Assembly (NCBI RefSeq): GCF_025526975.1
Contig: NW_026515668.1
Location: forward strand, 310,001 to 374,000
Source: Fimicolochytrium jonesii
Lineage: Eukaryota
Reading direction: 5' to 3'
DNA length: 64,000 nt
Part shown: positions 46,670-58,198 of the stretch, one piece after another
How positions within the stretch are numbered: position 1 is the stretch's first letter
Layout: the number at the start of each line of letters is the position of its first letter
The notes under the pieces: model-generated
Database searches by the model: none
Told to the model about the DNA's origin: nothing
What the model saw: only the letters and a program-made list of their open reading frames with translations
Program-made: the position numbers and the translations under genes

Positions 46670-48358
46670 ATGTCCGCCCAACCCCTCCAACCCGGCCAAT
46701 TCGTCACCCGAAACGGCGCCGAGCTCTACGACCCTACCACCAAAACCCCCCTCCGGTGGGTCTCCTTCAACACACCAACCCTCCACTTTATCGACGACCC
46801 CTCCTTCCTCGTCCCCACCACTTATGAGCAGGAAGACCTCGCGCGGTCCGTCTCCCTATTGGGCGGGCGGGTTGTTCGCTTGTACACGCTGGGGGTGCAG
46901 GGTAGAGGAGACGCGGCGTGGGATAAGGGCAATTTCCCTGGCCCAATGAAACATGTGATCAAGAGAAGGACTAAGAGTACGGCGCCGGCGGGGCAGCTGT
47001 TTGAGTTGAACGAGATTGTTATGCGGGGGTTGGACAATGCTGTCGCGGCTGCCGAAAGGAGTGGGATAAGGATTATTTTCCCGTTTTTGGATAACTGGGA
47101 ATGGTGGGGCGGATACCCGCAATTCACGTACCTCATCAACGACAGTGCGGCGCCGGCGACCTTCTTCACGGATCCGACCATCATCACCAACTACAAGACC
47201 CTCATCCGTCTGGTCCTCACCCGCAACAACACCATCACCGGCCGACTCTACTCCGACGAACCCGCCATCCTCGCCTGGGAAACAGGCAACGAGCTGGAAT
47301 ACAACAACGGCCGCGTGCCCACATCCTGGACCAGCGATATTGCCGCCCACATCAAATCCATCGACAAAAACCACCTTGTAGCTGACGGCTCGTGGAAGCA
47401 CGGCTGGGACGACTCAGCCCTCGCCGACCCCAACATCGACCTCTACTCCAACCACTACTACCCTCAATTCGAGCTCCCCAAATCCGAATGGATCGGCGTT
47501 GGCGTCCTCGCAGCGGTCATGGGCATCGCCTTCATGGTAATGTGCTTCACAATCTGCTTCTCCAAACGCGTCTCCTGGATTCGCATCCCGACCGACTACG
47601 AAAACATCAAACGCGAGTCCAAGAAACGTAAGCTCCTCACCCTTGCCATCGCCCTCTTCGTCCTCGCCGGAGCAGCAGGCGGGATCGGCGCCATCGTCGG
47701 CCACCGCATGACCGTCCCCCTCTACGCCGACCGCGCCTCCTCGGACGCCGCCACAGTATCCGCCCACGACAAAGCCTTCTTCGCAGGCGAATTCGGCCTC
47801 GCGTCCTCCAAAGCCATGCAAGGCCTCATCGACAACCACCTCGCCCGCTCCTCAAAAGGTTTCGCTGGCGCGATGGTCTGGTCCCTCCGCGGCCACGCGC
47901 GCGGGGGAGGGTTCAACACACACGCGGAGGACCACGGATACCAAGCGTACCACTACCCCGGCTTCACCACCTTCGGCGACGACGAGAAAACTATCCTGGC
48001 GGCCGTCACAAAGGGCGCCAGAGAAGCCGCCGCTCAGACAGGCTACACCATCCCCTCCCCAGCCCTCCCGATCCCCCCAACCCTCCTCCCCATCACGAAC
48101 ACCACCTTCTTCCGCTGGCAAGGCTCCTACGGCGCATACAACTACGATCTGGAACGCGCCGATGGGGCGAATGCGACTGCCGCTGCGGCATGGACGATTG
48201 TGGGTGGGGGGTTGAGTGATGCGATTAATACGAATAGCACCGCGACGATGTTCACGGAGACGACGGCGCAGAATGGGAAGGCGTATTCGTACCGCGTGAG
48301 GGCGAGGAATGAGGTTGGGGTTGGGGAGCCGAGTAATGTTGTGAGTTTCACTGCTTGA
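46670..48358 (+). CDS. GH5 endo-beta-mannanase-like glycoside hydrolase with C-terminal FN3 and an internal two-TM insert
   Basis: DNWEWWGG, NTITGRLYSDEPAILAWETGNE (acid/base Glu), NHYYP, AGEFG (nucleophile Glu), GAMVWSLRGH; YSYRVRARNEVGVGEPS (FN3). Confidence 0.9.
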   Translation: MSAQPLQPGQFVTRNGAELYDPTTKTPLRWVSFNTPTLHFIDDPSFLVPTTYEQEDLARSVSLLGGRVVRLYTLGVQGRGDAAWDKGNFPGPMKHVIKRRTKSTAPAGQLFELNEIVMRGLDNAVAAAERSGIRIIFPFLDNWEWWGGYPQFTYLINDSAAPATFFTDPTIITNYKTLIRLVLTRNNTITGRLYSDEPAILAWETGNELEYNNGRVPTSWTSDIAAHIKSIDKNHLVADGSWKHGWDDSALADPNIDLYSNHYYPQFELPKSEWIGVGVLAAVMGIAFMVMCFTICFSKRVSWIRIPTDYENIKRESKKRKLLTLAIALFVLAGAAGGIGAIVGHRMTVPLYADRASSDAATVSAHDKAFFAGEFGLASSKAMQGLIDNHLARSSKGFAGAMVWSLRGHARGGGFNTHAEDHGYQAYHYPGFTTFGDDEKTILAAVTKGAREAAAQTGYTIPSPALPIPPTLLPITNTTFFRWQGSYGAYNYDLERADGANATAAAAWTIVGGGLSDAINTNSTATMFTETTAQNGKAYSYRVRARNEVGVGEPSNVVSFTA

Positions 48359-48649
48359 ACGAGACAATGAAAGACTTGGAGAATATAGACTGGACAATGC
48401 AGATTCCATCCCTCGGTTCTCCTTTCTGGCGTATTTATTTCAGTGCTGCGTAGACAATACCCTCCTCGGCTTTGTCTGGGGACGCTTTTGTGTTTTTGTT
48501 TGAGGTCTTATGTACTCTATGTGTGTCCATTTTCTCTCATGATATATAACAATGTCATCAAAGGATACCAGCGCGAACCGGTCCTTCCATCCACCTCCTG
48601 GTGGACCATCGATAATTCTTTCATAAACAACACGCCGTGAAAAACATCA

Positions 48650-49480
48650 TTACGCAGGTTCATGCGTAGGCATCGGCACCTCAACCCCATGCGTCGGCAC
48701 GCTCACCCCCGCCGCCTCCCCACCCTCCTCCTCCAACCACGCCTGATACCTCTCCCACAAAACCCCCACCTCCACGCCCGTCCACCCCCTCACCGTCTCC
48801 TCCGCGGGCCTCCTCGTCAACTCCCCCACCAACCCCTCCCACTTCCCCTCACACCAATCCAAAAAGTACCCACTCCGCTCATACCCATCGGCCCAATTCC
48901 CCCCGACCCCCCTCCGCCAATGGCGCGCGGCCAGCCCCCCGCGCAGCCGCACGTAGTCAGCAACCCCCTCGACGATCCAGTGCGGCGCGGGAGCGGCGAC
49001 GTAGCATTGCCAGACATGTGTGAGCTCATGGAGGAGGACGCCGAGTATTTCATGCGTCGTCGCTTTCACGTCCGAGGCGTTGGTGGCGTGCACGCTCTGG
49101 ATGTACGTGCTGCTGAGATGGATCTCGGAGGTGATTGTTCCCGAGGGCGGAATGGCGTCCGAGGGCGGGGGCGTGTCGGTGCATGTGGTGTGGGAATGGG
49201 TGGTATGCGCGATCCCCTCGAACGGGCGCACATGCAGGCTGATCGACGCGAGGGGCGGGAGGGTTGTGGAGGATGCGGCGGGGTAGATGAGGGCGATTGC
49301 GCGGAGGGAGAGGGTGAGGAGGAGGTCGGTGGGGATGGGGATGGATTTGGAGAAGAGGGTGGTACCCGGGTGGTGGGTGAGGTGGACTGTTACGGGGGGG
49401 AGGCGGATTGGGAGGGGGAGGACGGTTGGGGTTGGGGTTGGGGTGGGGGCGGATGGATGATGCGAGGTTGGGGAGGTCAT
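48650..49480 (-). CDS. BSP (basic secretory protein/PR-17) family zincin-like protein
   Basis: GVLLHELTHVWQ, WIVEGVADYVRL and W.DGYERSGYFLDW; intronless; no signal peptide. Confidence 0.88.
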   Translation of the reverse strand: MTSPTSHHPSAPTPTPTPTVLPLPIRLPPVTVHLTHHPGTTLFSKSIPIPTDLLLTLSLRAIALIYPAASSTTLPPLASISLHVRPFEGIAHTTHSHTTCTDTPPPSDAIPPSGTITSEIHLSSTYIQSVHATNASDVKATTHEILGVLLHELTHVWQCYVAAPAPHWIVEGVADYVRLRGGLAARHWRRGVGGNWADGYERSGYFLDWCEGKWEGLVGELTRRPAEETVRGWTGVEVGVLWERYQAWLEEEGGEAAGVSVPTHGVEVPMPTHEPA

Positions 49481-49790
49481 CTTGGCGGGGTGGCGATGTG
49501 TAAACCGAGAGGATTTCGACCGACTTGATATCCAATGTGCTGTGCGACGCTGATGGTGATGTTCAGAGTGTTACAGTGGGAAGGAGGGCAGAGTTGCGTT
49601 GCTTTTTGCTTACCGCATAGGCGGTCGGGAAAAAGGAGAAGGTTTCCCCCCTTTTTGCTGTGCCCAGGGGTCTTGGGCGGCACTCACGGTCCCTGGGTGC
49701 CCATTAGAGGCCGGATAGACGTACTGTACGCTCGTCCGTTGTGCACACAGCTCTCCCGTCTTGGGTTCTCCCAGTCCAGCGAATACGTAC

Positions 49791-52389
49791 ATGATGGGCG
49801 CAAAAGTAAAACTCCTCGTAGAACACAGCCGGTCCCTGCTCGCACTCCACCACGCGTTCGCCAGAGGCGCATTCCCGTCCTCCTCCTCCTCCTCCAAATC
49901 CACAACAACACTCAACGATGGAGTCAACCTCGACGTCTCGCGCCCCGTCGTCCGGCCCGAGGAGGAGATATTGGAGGAGTATTGGGAACGCGAGGGGATT
50001 GTGGATGAGGCGGATAGGATATTCATGAAGGAGGTATTGAATGGGTGTGTGCGGCATCGGAAGGTTTTGGAGGTGGGTGACGGTTGGGGGAGGGGGGGGG
50101 GGGGGGGGGAGGGCATGCGGATGCGATTGGGGAAGTGGGGTGACAACTGGGTACTGAACGAGGGCATTTCCGACTTTCGACATTAGGTGGCTCTGAAGAT
50201 GTTCTACGCGGCGATGGAGGAACGGTTATTGAGGAATGAATACAACCTGTATGCAGGTATGCAACTCAACATGCACGGAGGGCCACATCATATTCCTTTC
50301 ACTGATATAGCGCTTTTGAAATCCACCCAGTTCTCTTCTATCTGACACTCTTCCGCCTCAGCGACCTAAGTTTCCCCAAACTCCGAAGCATCCTCCTCAG
50401 CTACCCCCCCACCCAATCCGCGCCGTTCGTCCGATTCGTCTTCGACGCCCAGCGGCTAACCGGCGACCTCCAGAAACGGTGGAACGCCATCCTCGACGCC
50501 GAATGGGTGAAGGAGAACATCATCAACCCCGTCCTGTCATGTGTCGATCTAGGCCACGCGCTGATCACCGAGCTAGAGGAGCGCGGCGCGAAAGGCATGG
50601 TGCTGAAAAAGACGTCCAAGGCCCCAACCGAATCCCACCCTTTCCTCCTCACCAAACCCAAACCGCGGCGCATCCCCTCCCCGACCGACATCACCACCAA
50701 CGTCCCGAAAGCACGCGCTGTGCCCAAGTCTGTGTACGACGGCACCGGCGACTTTGAGGCCCTCGAACGCACGAAAGCCGAGAACCGCGAACGCGCCCTG
50801 CAGGCCTACGCGAAGGCCGAGACGCAACAATTCGCGGTCGTCACCCGCACCCCGCCCGTGCCTACCCGCGCGCAGACCCCGCCGTCGCCGCCCCGGCCGC
50901 GCTTGCATAAACCCGTGCCGGCGAACCTGAGGGACGCGGTGCCGATCAAGCTTACCACGGCTGCGATTTTGAGGGAGGATGCGTTGGTGAGACGGCATCG
51001 GAGGGAGGAGGAGGTGTGGTTGAGTGAGGTCGAGATGGGATTGAGGGATGGCGGGGAGTTTAGGGAGTGGGAGAATGAGGCGAAGATGAGAGGTGGGTTT
51101 TTGCGTTTTCTTATTCCCCCCCGCGTTTGTCCCAGCGGGATCTGCAATTTGCAATGGCTGATCAGTACGAACGCATGGATGGTGCAGAGGAAGAAGACCG
51201 AAAACTCGAGCAAGAAAAACGAAAGCTGGAGATCCAGCTCATGCGCGAAGAAGCATACATCGCCAAACAAGATCTGCTCAAAGAAAACAGGTGAGCCCCG
51301 CAAAATTCCGAACCTCGAACACCCGCCTTCAATCTTCCAGTATACTGATCGAATCGGTGCGTCTCAGGGAACGAGCGCAAGACCTAATGGCAGAACGCGA
51401 AACCCTCCGCGCCACCGCCCAAGCCTCCCGCAAAGAACTCGAAGAAGAAAACCGCAAAAAAGTAGAGGAGATCCAGGGGATGCAGGAGGATATCCAAAAG
51501 GCCAAGAAGAAAGTCATGGACGATAACCTGCGCAAAGGTAAACCAAACAAAAAAAAAACACAAGCACATATCGGAAATACATATCCCCATTCCGCTGAGT
51601 GTTTTCTGAATATTCTTTCCTCCCACAGCCGCGGACATAACCCACCAAACCGCGCACCTCCGCACGCTTGCCCTCAAAGCGCAGGAAGAAGAACTCGCCC
51701 GCAAATCCCTCCTGATCGCACAGATCCGGCAACTCGAGCGCAGCATCCCCTCCGTCGGGTCCATCGTCAAATTCGTCGACCCGACCGAAACGTCCCACGT
51801 CGGTCTCCTCTCAGAAATGTCTGTCACGGAACTGCAGGAACGGTTGCTGGTTACGAAACAGGCGAAGGAGGAGGAGGAGGAACGGAGACGGGAGGAGATT
51901 GGCGAGGAGAGGAGGGTTAGGGTGGCTTTGATTAGGGGGAAGTTGGAGGATATTGAACGGGAGAGGGGGGAGAGGAGACGGCGGAGGAGGGAGGCGGGGC
52001 GGAGGGGTGAGGGGGGCGAGGAGTCGGCGCTTGTTACGTCGACGTCGGCTGCGGAGTCGGTTTATAGTTATAAAGCGACGACGACGACAGCGACGTCATC
52101 AGCAACGACAACGCATAAACAGACTTCAGAGACACGGGAACTGAAACACCTCCGCGACAAACTACACCAGAAGCGCGCCGCACGCCTCGCTCAGCCTCCA
52201 CCACTCCCCGCGGGCCGTTCGCTCAGTGCAAAGGGCACGGGACATGCGGTCCCGGACGTCGCGGCGTCGTCGGAGTGGATCGAGCTAGATATCGCCGAGA
52301 GGGAGTATCGTGCCCAGCGTGGGTTTAGGAAGGGGACTTCGGGGAGTAGTGGGACGGTGGGCTGGGAGGCGGGGGAGGTTGGGGCCTAA
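49791..52389 (+). CDS. CFAP99: Cilia- and flagella-associated protein 99
   Basis: FMKEVLNGCVRHRKVL..LKMFY, EYNLYA..YLTLFRL, LTKPKPRRIP, KLTTAAILRED and GLLSEMSVTELQERL; multi-exon coiled coil. Confidence 0.8.
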
Positions 52390-52605
52390 TTGGGGATCGT
52401 TGCAATTTTTGGGGAAGGGTTATCCTTTTGTCTTTTTTGGATTATTGTTGTGATAGCATGAGTGGAAAGTGGATTGGAGGCAGGCATCAATGAGATTCAT
52501 TCACCCCCACATTACAAAACACAGCCTAATTTCTAGAACGAAGGGAGACGAAGTTCTATTCTATAGAAAGCTTACTTATAGACATACGCATGCGGAAATA
52601 CCTCC

Positions 52606-54791
52606 TCACCGCCTCGCCCGTCCCAAAAAGCCCAATATCGCGCCCAGGATAAGCACCACGACGCGGTTCCGCGGCATCATGCGCATCATGTACAGGAGGG
52701 ATCCGCGGTCTGCTGTTAATCTCCCCTGCCCTACTGACGCTGCTGCTGCAACTGAGCGTGGCGGTCCAGGGGTTACTGTCGAGTCGACGGGTTTGGGTCG
52801 GTGTGTAAGTGTTGTTGATTGGGGTGCGGATTCGGATGGTTGTTGATTAGTGACAGGGAGCTGGATTTTGGATAGGGTGGGTTTGCGTGGGGGTTTTGGA
52901 GAGGATTTGAGTTCGTTCGAGGGGAGTGTCATGCGTTCGGAGGGTGGCAGGGAACGATAGGACTGCGATAACAAAACACACATGACGAGGTTAGAGACCA
53001 TTCAGACCGCACACACCCCTAGTGCAGAATTCGCAACCCACCTCAACAATAGCCCCAATAAACTCCCCAATCGGCCTCTGATGCCATCTACTCGTCCTAA
53101 ACCACCCCTCAAACCACCCAATATGCCCACCCCTTTTCGTCGTCGCCATAATACAGTGCGGGTTCTCATACACTTCAAAGTACGGCAACACCTCCGGCGG
53201 GCTAATCGGGTCGTCCAACGCAGTCAGGACCAAAAACGGCACGCGGATATCGGGTATATACTGCGCAGACGACGCTTTACGGTAATACTCATGCACGGTG
53301 CGGTACTTGAACATGACGCGGGTGAGGAGGTTGTCGAATTCGTATAAATACCGCGCTTTGAGGAGTTTGCCGGCATCGAAGATGTCGGTTCCCGAGAGTT
53401 TCGAGGAGTGCTTTTTAAAGACGCGGATGAGGTTTTGGGTGAGGGCTTTGGAGTAGAGGTTGCGGCCGAGCCAGGTGCGGTGGAGGGCGCGGGAGGAGCC
53501 GAGGAGGTCGAAGGGGTTGCTGACGGAGACGGCGCCGAGGAAGGGGCATTTGTCGCCTAGTTCGCCGACAAGCTGGGTTGGATGAAGGTGGTGTGTTAGT
53601 TTTGGGATGTGTGATGTGGATGAGGAGAGGGGATGGTTCGCTCCGCTCGCTTGGATGGTTGAATGGTTGAACGATACCCTGCTCGCTCCGTTCGCGACAA
53701 GGAGGTTAAGGTGGGTGGGTGAGGGGAGTATCGCGCCCCTTTGGCGCAATGGGGTGCTCGCTTCGCTTGCCAAAAATCTGACGCTCGCTGAGGCTCGCTA
53801 AGAGCCGTGATTAGGGGTATTTCGCCTTTGGCGCAACAGAACTCCTTCGCTCGCGCTCCCTGGCGTTCACCGCCCGCTTCGCTCGCAAAAGCCTTCGCTC
53901 TGGTCGTCCTCGCTGACACTCGAACTATTCCCATACCTTAGTGAGAACATTCGCCCCAAGAGAAAATCCAACCGCAAACAACGGCGCCCTCGGGTACTTT
54001 CTTCTAATGTGCTCGACCGCTAACCTCGCATCATCCGTATAGGCCCCACAATAAAGTTGCGCGGACGTCAGCTCCGTATCCGCACACCCCCTAAAATTAC
54101 ACACCACACTCCTATAACCCCTCCCCCCAACCTCATGCACCACATCCTGGACATACGACTCATGCGACCCGCCCGTCAGTCCATGCAGCACCACCACTAT
54201 CGGGGTCTCCGGGTCACTTTTCTGCTGTTCCGTCAACGTCGCATCATGCGAGTCGAGCGCGACATTTCCGCCGTCGGCGAAATAGATGAGTTCGCGAGTG
54301 TAGGCCACTTTGTTCCCCGCGTAGTCGGCATACAGCGAGGCGTAACAGGTCTGCAGGTGCCCGTTGAAGAGGAACCAGATGGGTTTAAAGACGTTTGTGC
54401 GGTTTTGGGAAGAGTAGAGGGTTGGGCAGGAGGTGCGGACGAGGTTGAGGAGGGAGATGCGCTCGACCCGGGATTCGCCGGGTATCTGAGCCCCATCGCT
54501 GGTGCTTGGGCGGCGGCCGCGGCGGATGCCGACTGAGCGGGGGCCGTAGTGGAGCTCGACGCGGTCGTTGGAGAAGAGTTTTGCCCAGAAGTATTGGGCG
54601 AGCCAGAGGATGAAGGTGGTGATGACGGCGGTGGTGAGGAGAATATGTTGTGGGGATTTTGTGGCGAGTTGGTGCCTGACTACAAAGTCCGGCGGTAGTG
54701 TTGATAGGAGTTGTGAAGCGAACCTCGTTGGCCCTTCTCGAAAGAGGTTTGGCTGGTCGCCCATCGAAGCGTTGGAGACTGCAGCCGACAT
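52606..54791 (-). CDS. ABHD1-3/Eht1/YheT-family alpha/beta hydrolase (start codon uncertain)
   Basis: NGHLQT, LHGLTGGSHESY, NFRGC, GFSLG nucleophile, DDPI and GGHIGW; hydrophobic N- and C-terminal segments. Confidence 0.9.
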
Positions 54792-55350
54792 GAGGTGCAG
54801 TGGTGACTTTGAAACTGAATATGAGAATGCCTGTACCGCTCGCAGCCTCGTCTGATAGCGCTGCAGCCTGCCGTTGTGCCTGATATAGTATTGGCTGGAG
54901 GAGCGACTTTTCCGCCGGCTGAACGTGGGCCCCTTCTTGCAGCAGCGGGAGCGGAGGGCGGGGTGTGCGTCCGCCAGAAACGAGAGGATCATTTTAGCAC
55001 CGGCCAGGAGGAGCATACGGTAGCATGTCATGGCAGTAATACGCGCTTCGGATGCGCGCGCAGTCGAGAAAACAAAAGGCCGCGGCTAAATGCAATCGCA
55101 TAACCCTGGCAACATCTTAGACTCGAGGACATACGTAGTAATGATCATGGGGAAAACACATACTGTACTTCAGGAAAGTTTATATCGTCCCACCCAACAA
55201 CAACAATGAACAGCGACTATCATATAGACTGTCGCAGCAGTCCCCATCCCAAAATCCGACCAAAAACAACTAGTCACACAAAAAGGGGTTTCGAAAAGCA
55301 TCATCACAAGCCAACTGGAAAGCAAGCGAACGCGTGGAGAGTACCCAATC

Positions 55351-57094
55351 TCATTTGGGGAACTCAAACTCCACCAACTCTTCATGGTCATACTCATCGC
55401 CCGTCCCGTACGGGCTCACCGAACGGTCGCTAGTGACGAGATCCGCATCCGACTAATGGGAAAACGACCAACAGGTTACAAAAAGCCCGCCTCAATCACT
55501 CAAATCTTCGCTCACCCGTTCACAAAACTCACCGGAAACCCAGTCCTCCCCCTATCCACAACAACCGTCTCCTTCTTACCCTGCTCTTTCCCCACCGTCT
55601 CCTCCCTCTCCCCACCCCTCCCCTTCTTCGCATCACTCTTAAACCGTCCACCACTCCTCAACAAGAAATCCTCCGCATCCACATCCAGCCCGCCATGTCG
55701 CTCCTCATCGTCCTCGTCCTCGTTATACATCATGTCCCTGTCATCGTCATCAGAGTCCGACCCGAGGATGTCGTTGATGTTGAGGTCTTCGCTGATGTCT
55801 TCGATTTCGGTCGCGTGGTCAAAGGCGGCGCTCGTGGCGGTGGCAGGGGGCGGAGGTGGGTATTGAACTGTTGATGTGGTGGGTTTGGGAAGTGGGTCGG
55901 AGGATTGTTTGGACAGAGAAGGGAGTGGAGCGAGGGGTTGCAGGCGGGACGTAGGGTTAGGGCTCGGGAAGGGCGGCGAAAGCTGTTTCGCCAGAGTCGG
56001 GTTCGGATCGGGAATAGCAGGTGGTGCTCCACGTTGGGCGGCTGTCTCTTCCCTGCCTACTACTTGAGCATCCATCTCGAACGACTCATCCTCATAGTTA
56101 TCGGGGTTTGTGGCCGTGGTCGCCGCCACCCTCGTCATTACCGGAGCCGGGGCAGGAGGCGGCAGCGGCAACTGCTTCGTGGGAGGTGGGCCCGACGGCG
56201 TGGGTGAGGGATGCTGCGTCGCGGCCACACTCGCCGTCGTGGGAGGCGGAGTGACGGAATTCTTCGGCGACATCGTCTCGGCAGCTTTGGCGGCGGCAGT
56301 AGCATTGGTGCTATTCAACTCCAGTAAACGGTAAAGCGCCGGTTTGCCGTTGCGTGCGGTGGTGGGGTTGGAAAGACCTAGCGACTTTAGCGTTTGCTTC
56401 TCCTCGTTGAGTTCGTCGAGATCTCGGCCCTGTTTATCCGGGAAAAGCAATGTTTGTGTTAGCTTGAAGATGGGAAATACGATGTGTACGCTTCGAGGCA
56501 CTTACGATATCAATCTCCGGATCAAACACAGCCAAAGTTGAATGCAAATCCAGCGCCTTGAGCAGATCCCGAACTAAGTAAAGTGCTGTCCGACCTACGA
56601 AATCGATCAAGACGAAAGACCGTCAATCATCATTCCCACTGTGCGAGAGTTCATTCGGCGGCACCCACCTTCCTTAGTCCTCCACATCAACTCCATCTTC
56701 CCATTCTTAAACGGCACAGTGTCATTCACATGGTCGGGGTCGTGAAGGATCGAGAAGACTGTTTGGCGTAATTGGGCCTATGCGCGGTATCAGAAGTGAG
56801 TCCGCAATCGCCATCTCGAAACCCCATCCCTGTCGGACATCACGCGAAATCTATCCCCATCTCATCCCTCAACACAACTCCCCGCCTCCCGTCTCCCCTC
56901 CCTCGCACCCAACATACCTTCAAACTCCCCAACACACCCCTCTTCCTCAACACATCGGTCACAAGCAGTTTAAGATCGTTGGTGGGCGGTAGGGGGTCGC
57001 CGGGCTGCGGCGACTGCGAGTTTGAGGAGGAGGTAGGCGAGGTGGGTGAGATGGGTTGGGCTTGCGTTTGGGGGGCGGGTGTCGCGGATGACAT
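55351..57094 (-). CDS. CEP43: Centrosomal LisH protein CEP43 (FGFR1OP/FOP)
   Basis: DLKLLVTDVLRKRGVLGSLK|AQLRQTVF, LVRDLLKALDLHSTLAVFDPE and KPALYRLL; acidic C-terminus ending VTSDRSVS..DEYDHEE. Confidence 0.75.
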
Positions 57095-57664
57095 TATTAT
57101 TGAGGTTGCTGAGGGGTGGGTAGGTTGTTGTTGTGGGATGGGGGTAAAGAAGCAAGCTTCAAGACTGGAAAGTCTGGGAGGACTCTGGGGAGGACTTTGA
57201 AAGACGTGAACGCGTTGGGCGGACTCGTTTGACTCCAGGTTGGCTCTGCCAAATTCCCTGACGAGCACATCAAAGTCGCCCCACTGTCCCGCCTGTCGCG
57301 ATATTCCTCCCCACCAATAACCCACGGGGATTGAAGAGGCCCGGGTAAGAGTAAAGCTGTTGAGCTCCGAAGGCGTGCCGAATATAGCGGGATGGCAAAC
57401 TTCTGTCTTTTGCTTGGTTGCTGCAGTTGGCATCTGAAGGCTACTCGAGGCTTGGTCGCACTCCTCCAGCGTCCTCCAGCGTAGATAAGATGCGGCAGTT
57501 CATATGTGCGCCAACCGCTCTGAAGACGAAGACGGCACGGTAACAGCAACGCCGACTCTGGGTGGTTCAATGATGACTTTTCTGACTGCCGAGAGCAGAG
57601 TGACGAGGAGGCGGAAGCGGCAGCCATGGGTGAAGGATTTGGAGGAAGGACGGGAACCATATGA

Positions 57665-58198
57665 ATCGAAAAAGATGTTTTTGGCTGTGACGCTGCTAAA
57701 CTGTTTCATGATCTCGACGAGGGGCATTGGGCACCCAATCCACTAAAACTGAAAGCACGCGGCACCGCGGTCATCGTCGTTCCCATCGTCCCGTTCTGCG
57801 ACGACGTATCGGCCAACAAAAGCAAGCGATATGGGCCGCACGAATCTTGGTATTTTCAGCTCGCAGGATGGCCATTTCAACAGCAGCAAGAGACCTTCAA
57901 TATCCAATTCATCTGTACCTCAAACACTATGAACGGTCTGACCGGAGTAGACATGGGCGATGCATTGGCAGACGAACTGACCCGTCTTGCTGATGGGGTA
58001 TTAGCATGGGACTCAAGCCGGCATGAGGAGGTTCTTGTCATCGCTCCCGTGTTGGCTATTGTCGGCGACCTGCAAGATGTTCTGCGTGTCATCAACTCTT
58101 ATCTGGGCTGTCCGACCGAGATCTCGCGCGAGCGCCGGATGGTCCGTCTTCGCTCATGGGTGCAAAACATCCGGACCAGCGCGTATAGGTCCGCATAG
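57665..58198 (+). mobile_element. Relic of a fungal CACTA/CMC-like DDE transposase
   Basis: In-frame PNPLKLKARG..VVPIVPFCDDVSANKSKRYGPHESWYFQLAGWP..NIQFICTSN..GVLAWD..EEVLVIAPVLAIVGD; similarity breaks after GD; bounded by stops. Confidence 0.7.

Noticed and set aside
48662..49528. 288-aa plus-strand ORF antisense to BSP
   Set aside because: Arg/Pro/Gly-rich shadow produced by the skewed codon usage of the real gene.
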